NCBI GenBank assembly: GCA_951406725.2
Contig: OX597824.1
Location: 33,232,001 to 33,296,000 of the forward strand
Origin: Octopus vulgaris
Lineage: Eukaryota
DNA: 64,000 nt
Reading direction: 5' to 3'
The position numbers and the translations under genes were made by a program. The notes under the pieces are model-generated. The model did not search any database. It worked only from the letters and a program-made list of their open reading frames with translations, and was not told the origin of the DNA. Positions 1 through 12,766 of this stretch are shown piece by piece; position 1 is the stretch's first letter; each line of letters begins with the position of its first letter.

Positions 1-329
1 CACAAACTCACAAACCCTTAATGTAGTTCTCAGGGAGATTCAGTATGACACAGAATGTGAGAAGCCTGGCCTTTGAAATGCAGGTACTGCACAGTTTTGC
101 CAGGTGAGTGGATTGGGGCAATGTGAAATAAAAAGTCTTGCTCAAGAACACAATGCACCGCCAGGAGTCAAACTCATGACCTTATGAATATGAACCAAAT
201 TCCCTATCCACCAAGCCACATGCCTTCATAATTATATTTGTTTCTACGCTAGGCACAAGGCCTGAAATTTTGGGGGAGGGGGCCAATCGATTAGATCGAC
301 TCCAGTATGCAACTGGTACTTAATTTATC

Positions 330-579
330 GGCGGCGACCTGGCAATAAGGTGGCAACCTGGCAGAATCGTTAGCACGCCGGGCGAAATGCTAACTGGTAT
401 TTCGTCTGCTGCTACGTTCTGAGTTCAAATTCCGCCAAGGTCGACTTTGCCTATCATCCTCTTGGGGTCGATAAATTAAGTACCAGTTACGCACTGGGGT
501 CGATATAATCGACTTAATCCGTTTGTCTGTCCTTGTTTGTCCTCTCTGTGTTTAGCCCCTTGTGGGTAGTAAAGAAATA
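330..579 (+). mobile_element. tRNA-derived SINE family A (Nin-domain-like core), nested in an opposite-strand copy
   Basis: A box (tggcagaatcgtta), B box (gagttcaaattcc), core gtcgactttgcc..tcatcc..ggggtcgataaattaagtaccag; 15-bp TSD ggtacttaatttatc (315-329, 580-594). Other copies at about 5035-5222, 11870-12085, 13420-13875 (x2), 24254-24485, 30455-30630, 34026-34247, 40597-40827, 61859-62092, 62740-63245. Confidence 0.9.
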
Positions 580-697
580 GGTACTTAATTTATCAACCTT
601 GAAAGAATGAAAGGCAAAGGTGACCTTGGCAGAATTTGAACTCAGAACGTAGCCTTCATAATTATATTGAAATAATAATATTGAATGCAGTACTTAC

Positions 698-816
698 CAT
701 AATCTCCGAATCCTTTCCCTAATGATTTCATTGCTGTTCCACCAGTGTGAAGCAGCTCAGTACTTTCACCACGTCGAAGCTTTGAAGACACATAAGATTG
801 AACTACTGTATTGAAT
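698..816 (-). CDS. SLC24A: SLC24/NCKX exon (119 nt, phase 2->1), start of the cytosolic loop
   Basis: tatatttcag|A TTC AAT...TAT G|gtaagt; (R)FNTVVQSYVSSKLRRGESTELLHTGGTAMKSLGKGFGDY; the phase joins the previous exon and the FN after TM5 is typical of NCKX. Confidence 0.85.
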
Positions 817-1071
817 CTGAAATATAGATATATATATATGTGTATCAATACATATGTACATATGTATGTGTCTATGTGTGAATATATATATATATATATA
901 CATATATATACACATATACATGTGGAGGTTATGAGAGGTAATGGTGTCATTGAGACCCAAAGGTGTCAGGTAATGCTGAATAAGTGCTATAGATAGACCA
1001 TAGTTAGTTCCAGGTTTGGTGATTATGTGAATAAGGGCTTCAACATTGGTCATATGTCAGCGTGTGTATAT

Positions 1072-1228
1072 AAAATTCTTTTTCGTAATGATATAAAAAA
1101 CCGAGGCTGTGTAGATTTTAGAACATAACTATTTCTTAAAATCCTGGAAACAACTGTAAGACCTTCTATCTATAAATGTTCTAAAATTTACACAGCCTTG
1201 GTTTTATCTCATTACGAAAAAAAAATTT
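1072..1228. repeat. Inverted repeat, approximately 54-bp arms, adjacent to (TA)n
   Basis: ttcgtaatga...ggctgtgtagattttagaacat / atgttctaaaatttacacagcc...tcattacgaa; the loop contains GAAACAACTGTA. Confidence 0.8.
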
Positions 1229-1234
1229 ATCTAC

Positions 1235-1392
<158 letters not shown>

Positions 1393-1479
1393 GTTTCACA
1401 TGAATGGGAATAAATTAAAAATAAAATATTAATGCGCAAAAATAGAATAGTCCATTAAATTAAAGAAAAGACTATTGTC

Positions 1480-1815
1480 TATAAAGTATACAATGTAGAG
1501 AAAAAAAAAAGATTTGAACACCTGAAGGAAAGCATCATCAAAAAGTGTCTTGGTGCGACTATGAAAGATATCAAGTATCTAACCAGAGGCGGTAAATTCG
1601 CCACAATAGAAGCAAGGTTCGAGTCAACGGAGCGTGCAAGGGAGTACTCGACTGGAACTTGCAAAGTGGAAATATTTTATTTTTACCTTTATATCTGGGA
1701 CATAGGATGTCCCGGATAAAAATTTAAAATGTCCCCCCAGAAGTAAAGGTAGGCTGGATTGTAGCCACACTTCTATACAAGAGGGAGGACAAGATACAAT
1801 TGATCGAAATTGCAA
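1480..1815 (+). mobile_element. Possible LINE ORF1 relic
   Basis: Broken frame KESIIKKCLGATMKDIKYLTRGGKFATIEARFES.../RIKI*NVPPEVKVGWIVA, resembling RRM-type ORF1; not checked by search. Confidence 0.35.
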
Positions 1816-2161
1816 GAGACGGGCCTACAATTCCAGTCTGTTATATATTTTGAGTATTGTTATCACTAGCGATATCAAGATATAACTTTGTATTTTGTAT
1901 TTTATGTGTAGATGTGTATATATAGATGTACACATATATATACACATATATATATGCACTAGCACTATGACTCGGCAACGCCTGGTCATAATGCTTATAT
2001 ATATAAAGAACAGTCTGAGCAGTTTGAAAGAGAGAAAGGTTAGTGAAAAGGAAGAGAGAGAGGTGGGAGAGAGAGAGAGAGATATGACAGACTGACAGAA
2101 AGGAAAGAAAAGAGAGAAATCAACTATCAAGATCACAATTGTAGACTATGTTCATTTGTGT

Positions 2162-2299
<138 letters not shown>

Positions 2300-2514
2300 C
2301 CAGTCATACATTCTCCATTACCACTGTTGTCTGCTCTTAGCTTCTATAAAGTGTTTGATTTCGTGCCTCCTCCAACAGTTATTTATCAATAAAAACCATT
2401 CCCCATTACCTATTTGACTGCAGTAGTTTCCTGTTTGGAAATTTGTAGTTATTCATTTAAAACATCGCTAAAAATAAAATCAAAAGAAATAGATATAAAA
2501 ATAAATTTACACAC

Positions 2515-2594
2515 CTCATTAAAATGATGTAAACAGCATACAGTATTAGCATTATTATAGATTCATACCAGGTTACCACACCGTCCAGTACAAC
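2515..2594 (-). CDS. SLC24A: SLC24/NCKX exon (80 nt, phase 0->2), TM5
   Basis: tcttttcag|GTT...ATGAG|gtgtgt; [26 protein letters not shown](R), matching the family pattern DxxVxWYExxxxxxxY. Confidence 0.93.
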
Positions 2595-2714
2595 CTGAAA
2601 AGACATTGCTATAATCCATTAAAATTTCATGAAATACAGTTGACAATATGTGCGCATATATGTCTTCATTTGTGTTTGTATTTTCAGGGAAATATATGTA
2701 TATGTGTGTGTATG

Positions 2715-2783
<69 letters not shown>

Positions 2784-2836
2784 ATGTATATATGTATATA
2801 TATATATATGTATATATATATGTGTATGTATATATG

Positions 2837-2869
<33 letters not shown>

Positions 2870-2886
2870 TTATATATATATATGTG

Positions 2887-2937
<51 letters not shown>

Positions 2938-3435
2938 ACATATATATATATATATGTATGTATGTATGTATGTATTTGTTGAAATTTTGGAAAGAAAAAC
3001 CTGGATGAAGACAGGTGTAAGAACAACAAGCAAGTGTATCAGTTTGATGCTCGGAAAAATGAAAAAGTCTTTTACATTTCAAGCCTACGCTCTTCAGCAG
3101 AAAGGAATAAGAGTAATATAAACAGAAAGAGAAGGAAAAAAGCAGTGTAGAGTGAAGAAACTGTAATAAATATTCTTATTTCTTCATCCAGTAGCAAGAT
3201 TAGTTAGTGTAACTGCCACTTCTTTAATGACATTAAGTATTCTGCCTCTCCAATCCCTGAATTATATGTAGTTTGTTGTCCTGTTAAGTAAGATCAGCAA
3301 TTTTCAAATAAAACAAATGATGTGCTCAGAGCACTAAGATTGCTTGGAGACACAAGGCATGTTATGAAAACCTACCTAACCATGTGTCTTAATGGCAAGA
3401 AACTATTAGTAGTTCTTATTTTAATAGTGTACATC

Positions 3436-3478
<43 letters not shown>

Positions 3479-3504
3479 TGTTTGGATCTTAATGATCAGA
3501 TTAT

Positions 3505-4320
3505 TAGATCTGTAGCTTCCACCAGTCATTACCTCTGCGAAGCCCAAAGTTCAGAGATCATGCTTCACAACCTCATCCTATATTTTCCTGGGTCTACCTG
3601 TATTACAGGTTCCCTCCACAGTTAGGGATCAGCACTTCTTTACACAGCTGTCCTTGTCCATATCTATCACATGACCATACCAGTGTATTCATCTCTCTTG
3701 CACACCACACCTGATGCCTCTTATGCCTAACTTTCTCTCAAGATGCTTATACTCTGTTGAACATGCACACTGACATTGCACATCTAGCAAAGCATACAGC
3801 CTTCATTTTTCTCCAGCCTATGCATGCCCTTGGCTGTCATAGCCCATGTTTCACTGCCATGTAGGATAGCTGTTCGCTCACAGCTATCATATAATATGCC
3901 TTTCACTCTGAGAGAGAGGCCCTTTTTTGTCAGAAGAGGCAGGTGCTCTCTAAACTTTGCCCAGCCTAATCCTATTCTGACAGCTGTGCTCTTGGAGCAA
4001 CCACCTCCACTACTAACATGATCACCTAGGTAATGGAAGCTATTTACTACCTCTAGCTTACCTCCAAGGCAGTTGATGGAATCTATTTTCTGCACATCTT
4101 CAGAGTTTATTGTACCTGTGCATCTACCACACACAAAAGCTATTTTCCCTGTTAACCTTCCTCTGATATTGCTGCATTTTTTATGCATCCAAAGCTTACA
4201 CTGGGTGCATCTTACAGAGTTACTACCTACACCTTTTCAACAGATTGAGCAGGGCCATCTACCTGAAGGGATTTGTGATTTATCTGCCTCCCTACTTACT
4301 AAGACTTTGGTTTTTGCTAA
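3505..4320 (-). mobile_element. RTE-clade LINE, 3' part of ORF2 (degraded)
   Basis: Cys-rich insertion followed by LEVVNSFHYLGD..SSGGGC...WAKFRE..PLL...KGILYDSC.RTAILHGSETW and a GRPRK-type C-terminus. Confidence 0.85.
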
Positions 4321-5244
4321 TGAAATAGTAAATTTGATTCATGATAATATTTTGCAGGAACATAGTAAGGTAATGCTTTATTACAAGAGATATTATAGGG
4401 AGAAATGGAAATTCTAAAGAAACAATGAAATATACATTTTTTTTTTTTCTACTTTCATCTTAATATATTATCTTTGAATATGAAATCTATCAAATCTTTC
4501 AGTGGAAAGTAAAACATCATTATTCAATATTTTTGAACTTGGAACCTTCAGGAAAGTATCATCACCACGAGAAAAATAGATTAATTTACTATCCATGTTG
4601 TTCAACCATAATTTCTAATAAATTAGCAATATTTTAATCCAAATAAACAGCTATCTTTTATATGTTAAATTATTCAGGACTTTACTTAATTAATATGCAT
4701 AATTTTTCTGTATTAGATTAAACTCTATCAAAGCTCATGCAACAATAAGGTTTTCATCCAAATATTTTTTTAAATTTCATCAATTTTCATATGAATTTTA
4801 AATTTATGTTGTGGTTGTATATTTCTGGAAGAAATCCTATAGTTTACATAATGCCTTAAATTTTTTCAAACCTACAAAATAAACTGAGAATTATGATGAT
4901 TATGAACTTCCCTTTTGTTTCTTAAATCCTTGGACTCATGAGGCCAGTTACCTTGTTTTCGTGGTGTATAGATGACCAAGATAATTTTTTCCCCACTGAA
5001 CAAGATACTGGTCTGTTGCAGGTTTCAACGTCAGCAATTTTGAGGGGGTCGGCAAGTCAGTTACCAAGTACTTGACTGGGTACATTATTTTATCAATCCC
5101 GAAAGGATGAAAGGCAAAGTTTGACCTTGGCAAGATTTGAACCCAGAATGTAGCAAGCCAGAAGAAATGCTGCAAAGCAATTTTGTCCAACATGCTAACA
5201 GTCCTGCCAACTCACCACCTTATCATTAGCGATTTGTGTTGGAC

Positions 5245-5948
5245 AAAATACATTGCTAAAATTGCCAAGTAGGCTGAGGGTGTCTTGGCATCAATTTGTG
5301 AGCCGCTCTCCGGCTATCTATCTGAGGCTTTATATAGCTATGGTGCGGCCTCACCTGGAATTTGCATCACCGGTCTGGAACCCCTATCTTGCCCAGGATA
5401 TTAAACATCTGGAAACCGTTCAGCAACATGCAACCAAGAGAATACCCTCCATCAGGCATTTGCCATATTCTGAACGCCTTACTTCCCTGAGCATGGATAC
5501 ATTGAAACTCTGACATCTGGCAGCTGACTTGGCAGACACCCATAAAATTATTAACCATCTTACTAACAATAACTCTGAGCACCTTTTCAAACTCCACCTG
5601 TCTAACACCCGTGGACACATTTACAAAGTCAGAAAACAGCACAGCTCCCATGACTTTCGGAAACATTTTTTCATGCTAAGAGTTGCTGAAGTATAGAACA
5701 AACTCCCGGCATCAGTTGTTAGTTGTCGGAGTACTGCAGCCTTCAAAACTTCCATGCGTCTTGAGATTCGCCAACACTACACCTGATTTTCTCTCCTCCA
5801 TACACACACACAAACATGTATCTGACTCATACACTGTTCACTTTCCAGACATTTGTACATTACTGCATATGCTTTATACATACTTTTGACAAGTTGTGAT
5901 GCACCTGAGCACTGTATACAATAATTTCCTTATTATTATTATTATTAT
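5245..5948 (+). mobile_element. CR1/L2-group LINE 3' end with (ATT)n tail
   Basis: RLYIAMVRPHLEFASPVWNPYLAQDIKHLETVQQHATKRIP..LPYSERL, then TRGH..K and FF..RV motifs, a 3' UTR and an (att)n tail. Confidence 0.85.
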
Positions 5949-6201
5949 TCTATGTTTGACTTTTGCTTTATATTTGTACAAGTTGGCTCCAAGTCTCACC
6001 CAGAGACCTCAAGAGACAACAGGGTTGGAAGTTCATGTTGTTGTTATGCCTAGTGTGCCATATATTTGGGGGGTGGGGATGTTGTACTAATGAATGTCTA
6101 AAAAAAGGGGTTTTTTTTGGGTTTTTTTAAACCGAAAATTATGTTTGTTTTAAACCTTGAGATTACATAGAGAGTATTTTGCGTAGGATATGAGCAGTTA
6201 A

Positions 6202-6274
<73 letters not shown>

Positions 6275-6415
6275 TTTATGACATTGTATAAAATAAAGCA
6301 ACATTTAAAGCAGTGTTTTATATATTAAACATTAAAAATGACATGAAACAAATGAAAGAAGTGAAAAGGCATACTTATAACAACAATTATTTTAATTGAA
6401 ATGTTTATTACTCAC

Positions 6416-6490
6416 CAAAACTAAAACGACAACAGCAAAAGAATAGTAAATGGAATCTCTGCATAGGGGCCACCATGATAAGGATACAGC
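6416..6490 (-). CDS. SLC24A: SLC24/NCKX exon (75 nt, phase 0->0), TM4
   Basis: ttacttttag|GCT...TTG|gtgagt; AVSLSWWPLCRDSIYYSFAVVVLVL (WWPLxRD motif). Confidence 0.96.
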
Positions 6491-6959
6491 CTAAAAGTAA
6501 TAAAACTTCTCAGCATAAGTCATTATAGTCTCAGCATAAGTCATTAGTTGCTATAAGTCTTTAAAATATATGAAGGTTTGCATGCTTAAATGGCAGTATA
6601 GAGAAAAGACAAAAACACTGTTACTGGTTTTAAGGTGTGATATATACATAAGTATGTGCAAGAGTATGTTTTTTATGCATGTATGTATGTCTCTTCTGCA
6701 TTTACCATAAATCTTCGAGCATAATCCGCATTTTTTTCGCAAAATTTAAAGGTCAAAATCCCTAGTGTGTATTATATACGAGGTTTAAAATGAAAAATAT
6801 TTTCTAAGCAATGCATGAACTAGAAGTCAGAGGGGGATGGGATAAACTACCTGCATCAACTTGCTATAAAAGCAGGTAGTAATTTTACCCTGTCCTTAAT
6901 TATAGTGCAAGTTTTGGACAGTACAGCTCGATTTTAACAGTTATTTTTTCAAAGCTATA

Positions 6960-8018
6960 ATGGAAGTGACAAAGGAACATATTTGGCATATTTTGCTTTA
7001 TGAATTCAATAAAGGCAACAATGCAACGGAAAGAGTGAGGAATATTAATGCTGTATATGGGGATCAGACAATAAGTGTAAGCCAGTGTCAACAGTGGTTC
7101 TAGAAATTCCAAACTGGAAACTATAGCCTAGAAGATGAGCTTCATCCTAGAAGATCTGTAGAACTTGACACGGATGTCCTTCAAACCCTGTTGAGAAGCT
7201 TGGATTTAGTCATTCAACCATTCATTGACACCTGCATGCTGTCAGAAAAGTCAGGAAATTGGGTCAATGGGTTCCTCATAAACTTTCCAAGTCTAATCGC
7301 ACACAGAGAGTGAATGCTTGCTCTTCCTTGCAGTCACATCTCATGAATTAAACTCATGAATTTGGTTTTGGACTGAATAGTGACTAGTGATGAGAAATGG
7401 GTTCTCTATAAAAATATCAAGCACTGAAGGCAGTGGGTAAGGAAAGGAGAAACACTGGCAACCCAGGCTAAAGAAGGTCTTCACCCATGCAAGGTGTTGT
7501 TATCTGTTTGGTGGGATATGAAAGGTTTAGTCCACTTTAAACTTTTAAATCCAAACCAAATGATAACAAAGGAGATCTACTGTGAGTAGCTTGAGCAGCT
7601 TAAGTCAGCACTAGAAGAAAAACGACTGTGTTTGGTTTCAAAATGAAAGGTATTCTTCCATCAGAATAGCGCTCAGCCACATACAGCGAGGATGACATTC
7701 GAAAGGCTGGAACAGTTTGAATGGGAAACAATGTGCCACTCATTATATTCACCAGACATTTCTCCATCTGATTATCATTTATTCTGCAGTCTTCAAAGAC
7801 ATTTGGATGGAAAAAATATGAACTCTGTAGACGAGGTTAGAACACTACTGGAGGAGTATTTTGTGTCATGGACAAGGGAATTTTGGAAGAGGGGCCTGGC
7901 AAGTCTAACAGATAGATGGAAGAGCATTGTAGAAAATGAGAGGGAGTATATTTGTTTATCTTAATTTTGAAAAATAAAAGTATTAAAAAAACTGCATTAT
8001 TTATGGGATAACCCAATA
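6960..8018 (+). mobile_element. Degraded mariner (Tc1/mariner) transposase pseudogene with right TIR
   Basis: MEVTKEHIWHILLYEFNKG..., WVPHKL, IVTSDEKW, VLLSVWWD, YSPDISPSDYHLF motifs with stops and frameshifts; right end ...tgcattatttatgggataacccaaTA. Confidence 0.92.
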
Positions 8019-10689
8019 CTGTGCCATTATGTAAAATATTTCACCTCTATCTTAAAACTGGTTTTCAACTTTCACATCAAATATTTTAACAATTTGCTAA
8101 TAAATGAATATATTATATGCAGGAAATATGCAGGCATGGGTTGGGTGGTTTGACAGATGCTGGCAAGGCCAGGAGCCAGCCCAGGTTCCATAGACTGTTT
8201 TAGCTGTAGAAACCATGCCAAAACAGACCATGAAACCTGGTGCAGCTCCTGGCCTTACCAGCTCCTGTCAAACTGTCCAGCTCATGCCAAGATGGAAAAC
8301 AAATGTGAAATGATGATGATGATGATGAAATATTGGTGTTTAAATGAAACAAAGGTTTTTAGAGATATATATGAGTAAAAGTATAAAATTTTTTTAATGA
8401 TACAATCTGTAAACAGGCAGATAGACCTGAAGCAAATTTGGAGGAAAGAGGACATGTCATTCATTAATGAGGTCATGAATGGTGGCAAAAGGACTGACAA
8501 ACTTTGTTGATTGATTGACTGATTAGATAATTGGTTAAATGTTAACAAACTGATGAATAATATTTAATAATAAAAGAAGTGAAATAGAACCAGTGCATGT
8601 GTTTATTACTGACACAATGATCCTCTCAAGATACATGTGCAAAAATTTCATGAAATATATAAAAACTGTGAATGCATGTAGATAAAATGTCAATTCTTAT
8701 GAATATCACACACGATCCCCCCCCCCCACACACACACACACAAGTGCGCACGTGGTTAAACATCAGTTATTATTCATGTTAGATCCAGACATAATTAAAT
8801 ATACCTAAAAGGAATTATTTCATTTCTTAATATGTCCAAAACATAGCCTCTGAAGGGATGTTTTACTGTATCTAATTTAGTTCTTCACAAATCCAATTTT
8901 ATCCCTCTATTGTTTTAAAGCAGTTATTAATAATAAATAAATGTGCCCTTTTAAAAGCCTAGCCAGGCTCATGGGCCCGGTTTCCCAGTTTCCGTGGCAC
9001 ATGTGTTCCCCAGCTGGATGGGACGCCAGTCCATCGCAGTGTTACCCATTTCTGCCAGCAGAGTGGACTGGAGCAACGTGAAATTAAGTGTTTGCTCAAG
9101 AACACGTGTTGCCCAGTTCTGGAATCGAAACCGCAATCTTACGATCATGATGCTGATGCCCTAACCACTAAGCCATGCGCCTCCACAAAGCAGTTATTTG
9201 TAAGTCTATAATCACTATATATCAGTTTATCAGTCATCTCTGTCCCCTTGAAATTGTGTTTGATAGTATTGAAGGATATGAATGTATGACAGATGTGCAG
9301 GAACAGATGCCTTGCTGAAGAGGTGAATACATGGCATACCCAGCTGGAAAGAAAGGGAGATGGGAAGGGGCTACCCTTTGAGGCATGATGTAACAAAATG
9401 TGAAATGTGAAAGGGATTAACCAAAATACAGTCGAGCATGTGGTTAAGATCCAGATCAAGGCCTGTCCTTTTTGCAGCGTGGCTTGTGTGCTTCAGTGAC
9501 CCTGCAAACTATGTCAGTAGAGCACAAGCTCCCAATAGGGCCTCTCATACTGGTCAGGGCACAGGAAGGAGGTCAGACTAATATGGGTCACTTTTTCTCA
9601 GAGGTAAAAATGGGTTTGTGTAGGGCCAACACCCCTACCTAGAAAAAAAGAAAAGTTACAGAATTATTGATGATATTTCGAAACCAAACAGAACTGAGAA
9701 AGAAAGGCTTTCCCTCAGGGAAACATAAGGTGGTGCTGCAAAATCCAAAAGTTAAAAAAAAAATAAAGGGATATCCAACTGGAAAGAAGCAGAAGACAAC
9801 CCAATGTTGAGAACAGTGGAGGAAAGTCACTGATGGTTTATGTCACCTGAGCCATAGGGAGTAAAGGGCTTAAGAAGTATGGATTTAACCCTTTAGCATT
9901 CTCATTATTCTGTCAAAAGTAATGCTTGTTTATTTACATTGTTTTGAAATTAATTATGTATTATTTTGTATCTATGAAATTTTGATGATGTAACTGTTAA
10001 TTTTTTTAAAGATGACATTGTAGGCTAGGTGTGAGAAACTGCATCTGGTCAGGTGGAATATTTGGGCTGGACATAACTGGTTAAAATGTTAAAAGATTAA
10101 ATAGATTTGCTGAGTCCAGAAACGAAGTACAAAAAATGGAAGAGAATTTAGGAAAAATAATCATCAAAAAAAAGTTTGAATCTAAATTTTCAGTAAAAGA
10201 ACAAGTGACCATGGTTTTTAGGCAGCATTAAAAAGCTGACAGACAAAAAATGGAATGGTTGCTAAAGTATGATATAACATCTGTGGCAAAGACAAGGAGA
10301 CTAAATATAATGAGTGAAATGAATAATTTTTTGGGTAATTCAGATGTAATATTGGTCTATCTTTGGAGAAACTTTCAAGGACGGTAAAGAAGAGCATGAA
10401 ACTGCTGAGAGACATCCTTAGGTATCATCATCCTTTTATCGTTCTCATTGAACATCAGCCTTTCCATGGAATTTGCTGAAGCAAATTTTCTACAGCGTGA
10501 TGCCGTTCCAATCACAAACCTTTTGTTTTCTCCAAGGCTAGATGTTTTCACAGAAGACTAGAATCTAACAGCTGCTTGTATGAGGATGATGCTCATTTAC
10601 AACTATCATCTGATGTCTGGACAAGGGAACACATATATACACTGATGAAAATATAACAGTAATGCTAATACAATAAAACAATATTATAT

Positions 10690-10859
10690 GCGCAGGAGTG
10701 GCTGTGTGGTAAGTAGCTTGCTTACCAACCACATGGTTCTGGGTTCAGTCCCACTGCGTGGCACCTTGGGCAAGTGTCTTCTACTATAGCCTAGAGCTGA
10801 GCAAAGCCTTGTGAGTGGATTTCGTAGATGGAAACTGAAAGAAGCCTATTGTATATATG

Positions 10860-10890
<31 letters not shown>

Positions 10891-11110
10891 ATTTGTATGT
10901 CTGTGTTTGTCCCTCCCCCCCCCCCCAACATTGCTTGACAACCAATGCTGGTGTGTTTACGTCCCCATAACTTAGCAGTTCGGCAAAAGAGAACGATAGA
11001 TTAAGTACTAGGCTTACAAAGAATAAGTCTTGTGGTCGATTTGCTCAACTAAAGGTGGTGCTCCAGCATGGCCACAGTCAAATGACTGAAACAAGTAAAA
11101 GAGTGAAGAG
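10690..11110 (+). mobile_element. tRNA-derived SINE family B with internal (TA)/(TG) tract
   Basis: Head gcaggagtggctgtgtggtaag...ggttcagtccc, body ccttgggcaagtgtc...gtgagtggattt.gtaga.ggaaactg, tail gactgaaacaagtaaaagag. Copies at about 21710-22113(-), 27685-27980, 32380-32786(-), 36030-36245(-), 43580-43986, 48420-48700, 49020-49280, 52064-52455(-), 53275-53666(-), 63826-63965. Confidence 0.9.
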
Positions 11111-11383
11111 TAAAGAGAGAGTATACTTATTCTGACCCTGTTCTTAAGCATCATTATATTTTAAACTATTGCCAAACTATTTATGCATTTTCTTCCCAAG
11201 TCAGAACTGAAGAAATATGACACATTTTTATTTTACAAGCAAATGTTTTGTAGCTGTGTCATTGTTTCAAATGAGTCCTTCAGTTTAAATGTCAAATTTA
11301 TACATAACTATACATGTATTTTCAGCTATCAATATATGCGTAAATTATAATATTTACCGAGGAAATTTTTGAAAACCAATTAC

Positions 11384-11487
11384 CTGTACAGTTACAAGTC
11401 CACATAAACCAATCACAAAAAGTATATTAAATACAGCTGATCCAACAATTGTCCCGACTCCAACATCTCCTTTTGTTACAAACACAC
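11384..11487 (-). CDS. SLC24A: SLC24/NCKX exon (104 nt, phase 1->0), alpha-1 repeat second half
   Basis: ttttag|GT...CAG|gtaatt; (G)VFVTKGDVGVGTIVGSAVFNILFVIGLCGLVTVQ, the GTIVGSAVFN motif. Confidence 0.97.
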
Positions 11488-12137
11488 CTAAAAGAAATAA
11501 AAACCTGTAGAATTATATTACAAAAAGATGTGCTTTAAATGAATGTTAACTCAAAAAATTAAACTAAATTCCTCTGATTTAACTATTCTTTGTATAAAAT
11601 TATTTAATAGTGTTGCTAGTCTTGAATGATTCAACATGTCAAGAACTGAAAATTATCTGGAAAAATAAGAAAATCTTGTGAAGTTAATTTTATTATAAAA
11701 CCTGTTTTTCTGAATTGTACTGAATTACAGCTTTACTAAATTACAATTCAAATATTTGAAAACTGCTTTAAAAAGTGTTTGCACTTCTTGTTTAATATAT
11801 TTGTATAAAATTCTTCTATTCACCATTCAGAGAGTCAAAAACTGAGTGGAATAACCGGTCGTTAATGTTGGTTTCAAATTTTGGCACAATGCCAGCAATT
11901 TCAGGGTGGGGTTAGGTTGATTACATCAAACCCTGTGTTCAACTGGTACTTATTTTATTGATTCTTAAAAAATTGAAAGGTAAAATCAACCTTGGTGAAA
12001 TTTGAACTTAGAACATTAAAGACAGATGAAATGCCACTAAGCATTTTGCTCAGCATGTTAATGATACCGCCAGCTTGCCACCTTGATAGGTTGGTAATAT
12101 TAACATGTGAACAAAAGTGGCAAGCTGGCAGAATCAT

Positions 12138-12766
12138 GGATCTTTACCTTTTGACCTACAGATTTAAAAAATGATTTTTTGTAACTAAACACTTTCAAAC
12201 TTCGGACAATGGAAGAATGTGTTATATAAAACATCTTTTACTCTTAGCATTTTTGAGAAAAACTTATATTTACGAAGTTATTTCACATTAAAGTTCTTGT
12301 ATTTCGGTAATTTCAACCAATCAATGACGTGTATTCAGCTGAAAAAAATTACTGCCGTTCTTTGTCAACAACAACTATCAGCAGTGTATTTTTCATATGT
12401 TACTGTTATTTATGACATCGTTTGTGTGTTTGTACTGGTTTTAAGATTTTAGGGTTAGGGTTAAGGTTTTAGGATTAGTGTCAGGGTTGTCATAAATTAC
12501 AGTGACAAACGAAATATACATCGCTGGAAGTTCTTGTTGACAAACAACAGCAGCATTTTTTTCAGCTGAATAAACACCATTGATTGGTTGAAATTACCGA
12601 AATACAAGAACTTTAATGTGAAATAACTTCGTAAATATAAGTTTTTCTCAAAAATGCTAAGAGTAAAACATGTTTTATATGACACATTCTACCAGTGTCT
12701 GAAGTTTGAAAGTGTTTAGTTACAAAATATTAATTTTTAAATCTGTAGGTCAAAAGGTAAAGATCC
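12138..12766. mobile_element. MITE with approximately 280-bp TIRs and 8-bp TSD, inserted in a SINE
   Basis: GGATCTTTACCTTTTGACC.../...GGTCAAAAGGTAAAGATCC; TSD agaatcat (12130-12137) / agaaccat (12767-12774); TTAGGG-like spacer. Confidence 0.9.

Noticed and set aside
2569-2594. 26-nt micro-exon model
   Set aside because: The frame continues through TM5 to 2515; the short form yields a TGA at the junction
3065-3105. CTGAAGAGCGTAGGCTTGAAAT (related copy near 59500) as a hammerhead
   Set aside because: Stem II overlaps the core box and stems I and III cannot form; at most a Penelope-type relic
6960-7964. Domesticated or active mariner transposase
   Set aside because: Multiple stops, frameshifts, a deletion, an altered catalytic motif (HQNSA) and no clear left TIR
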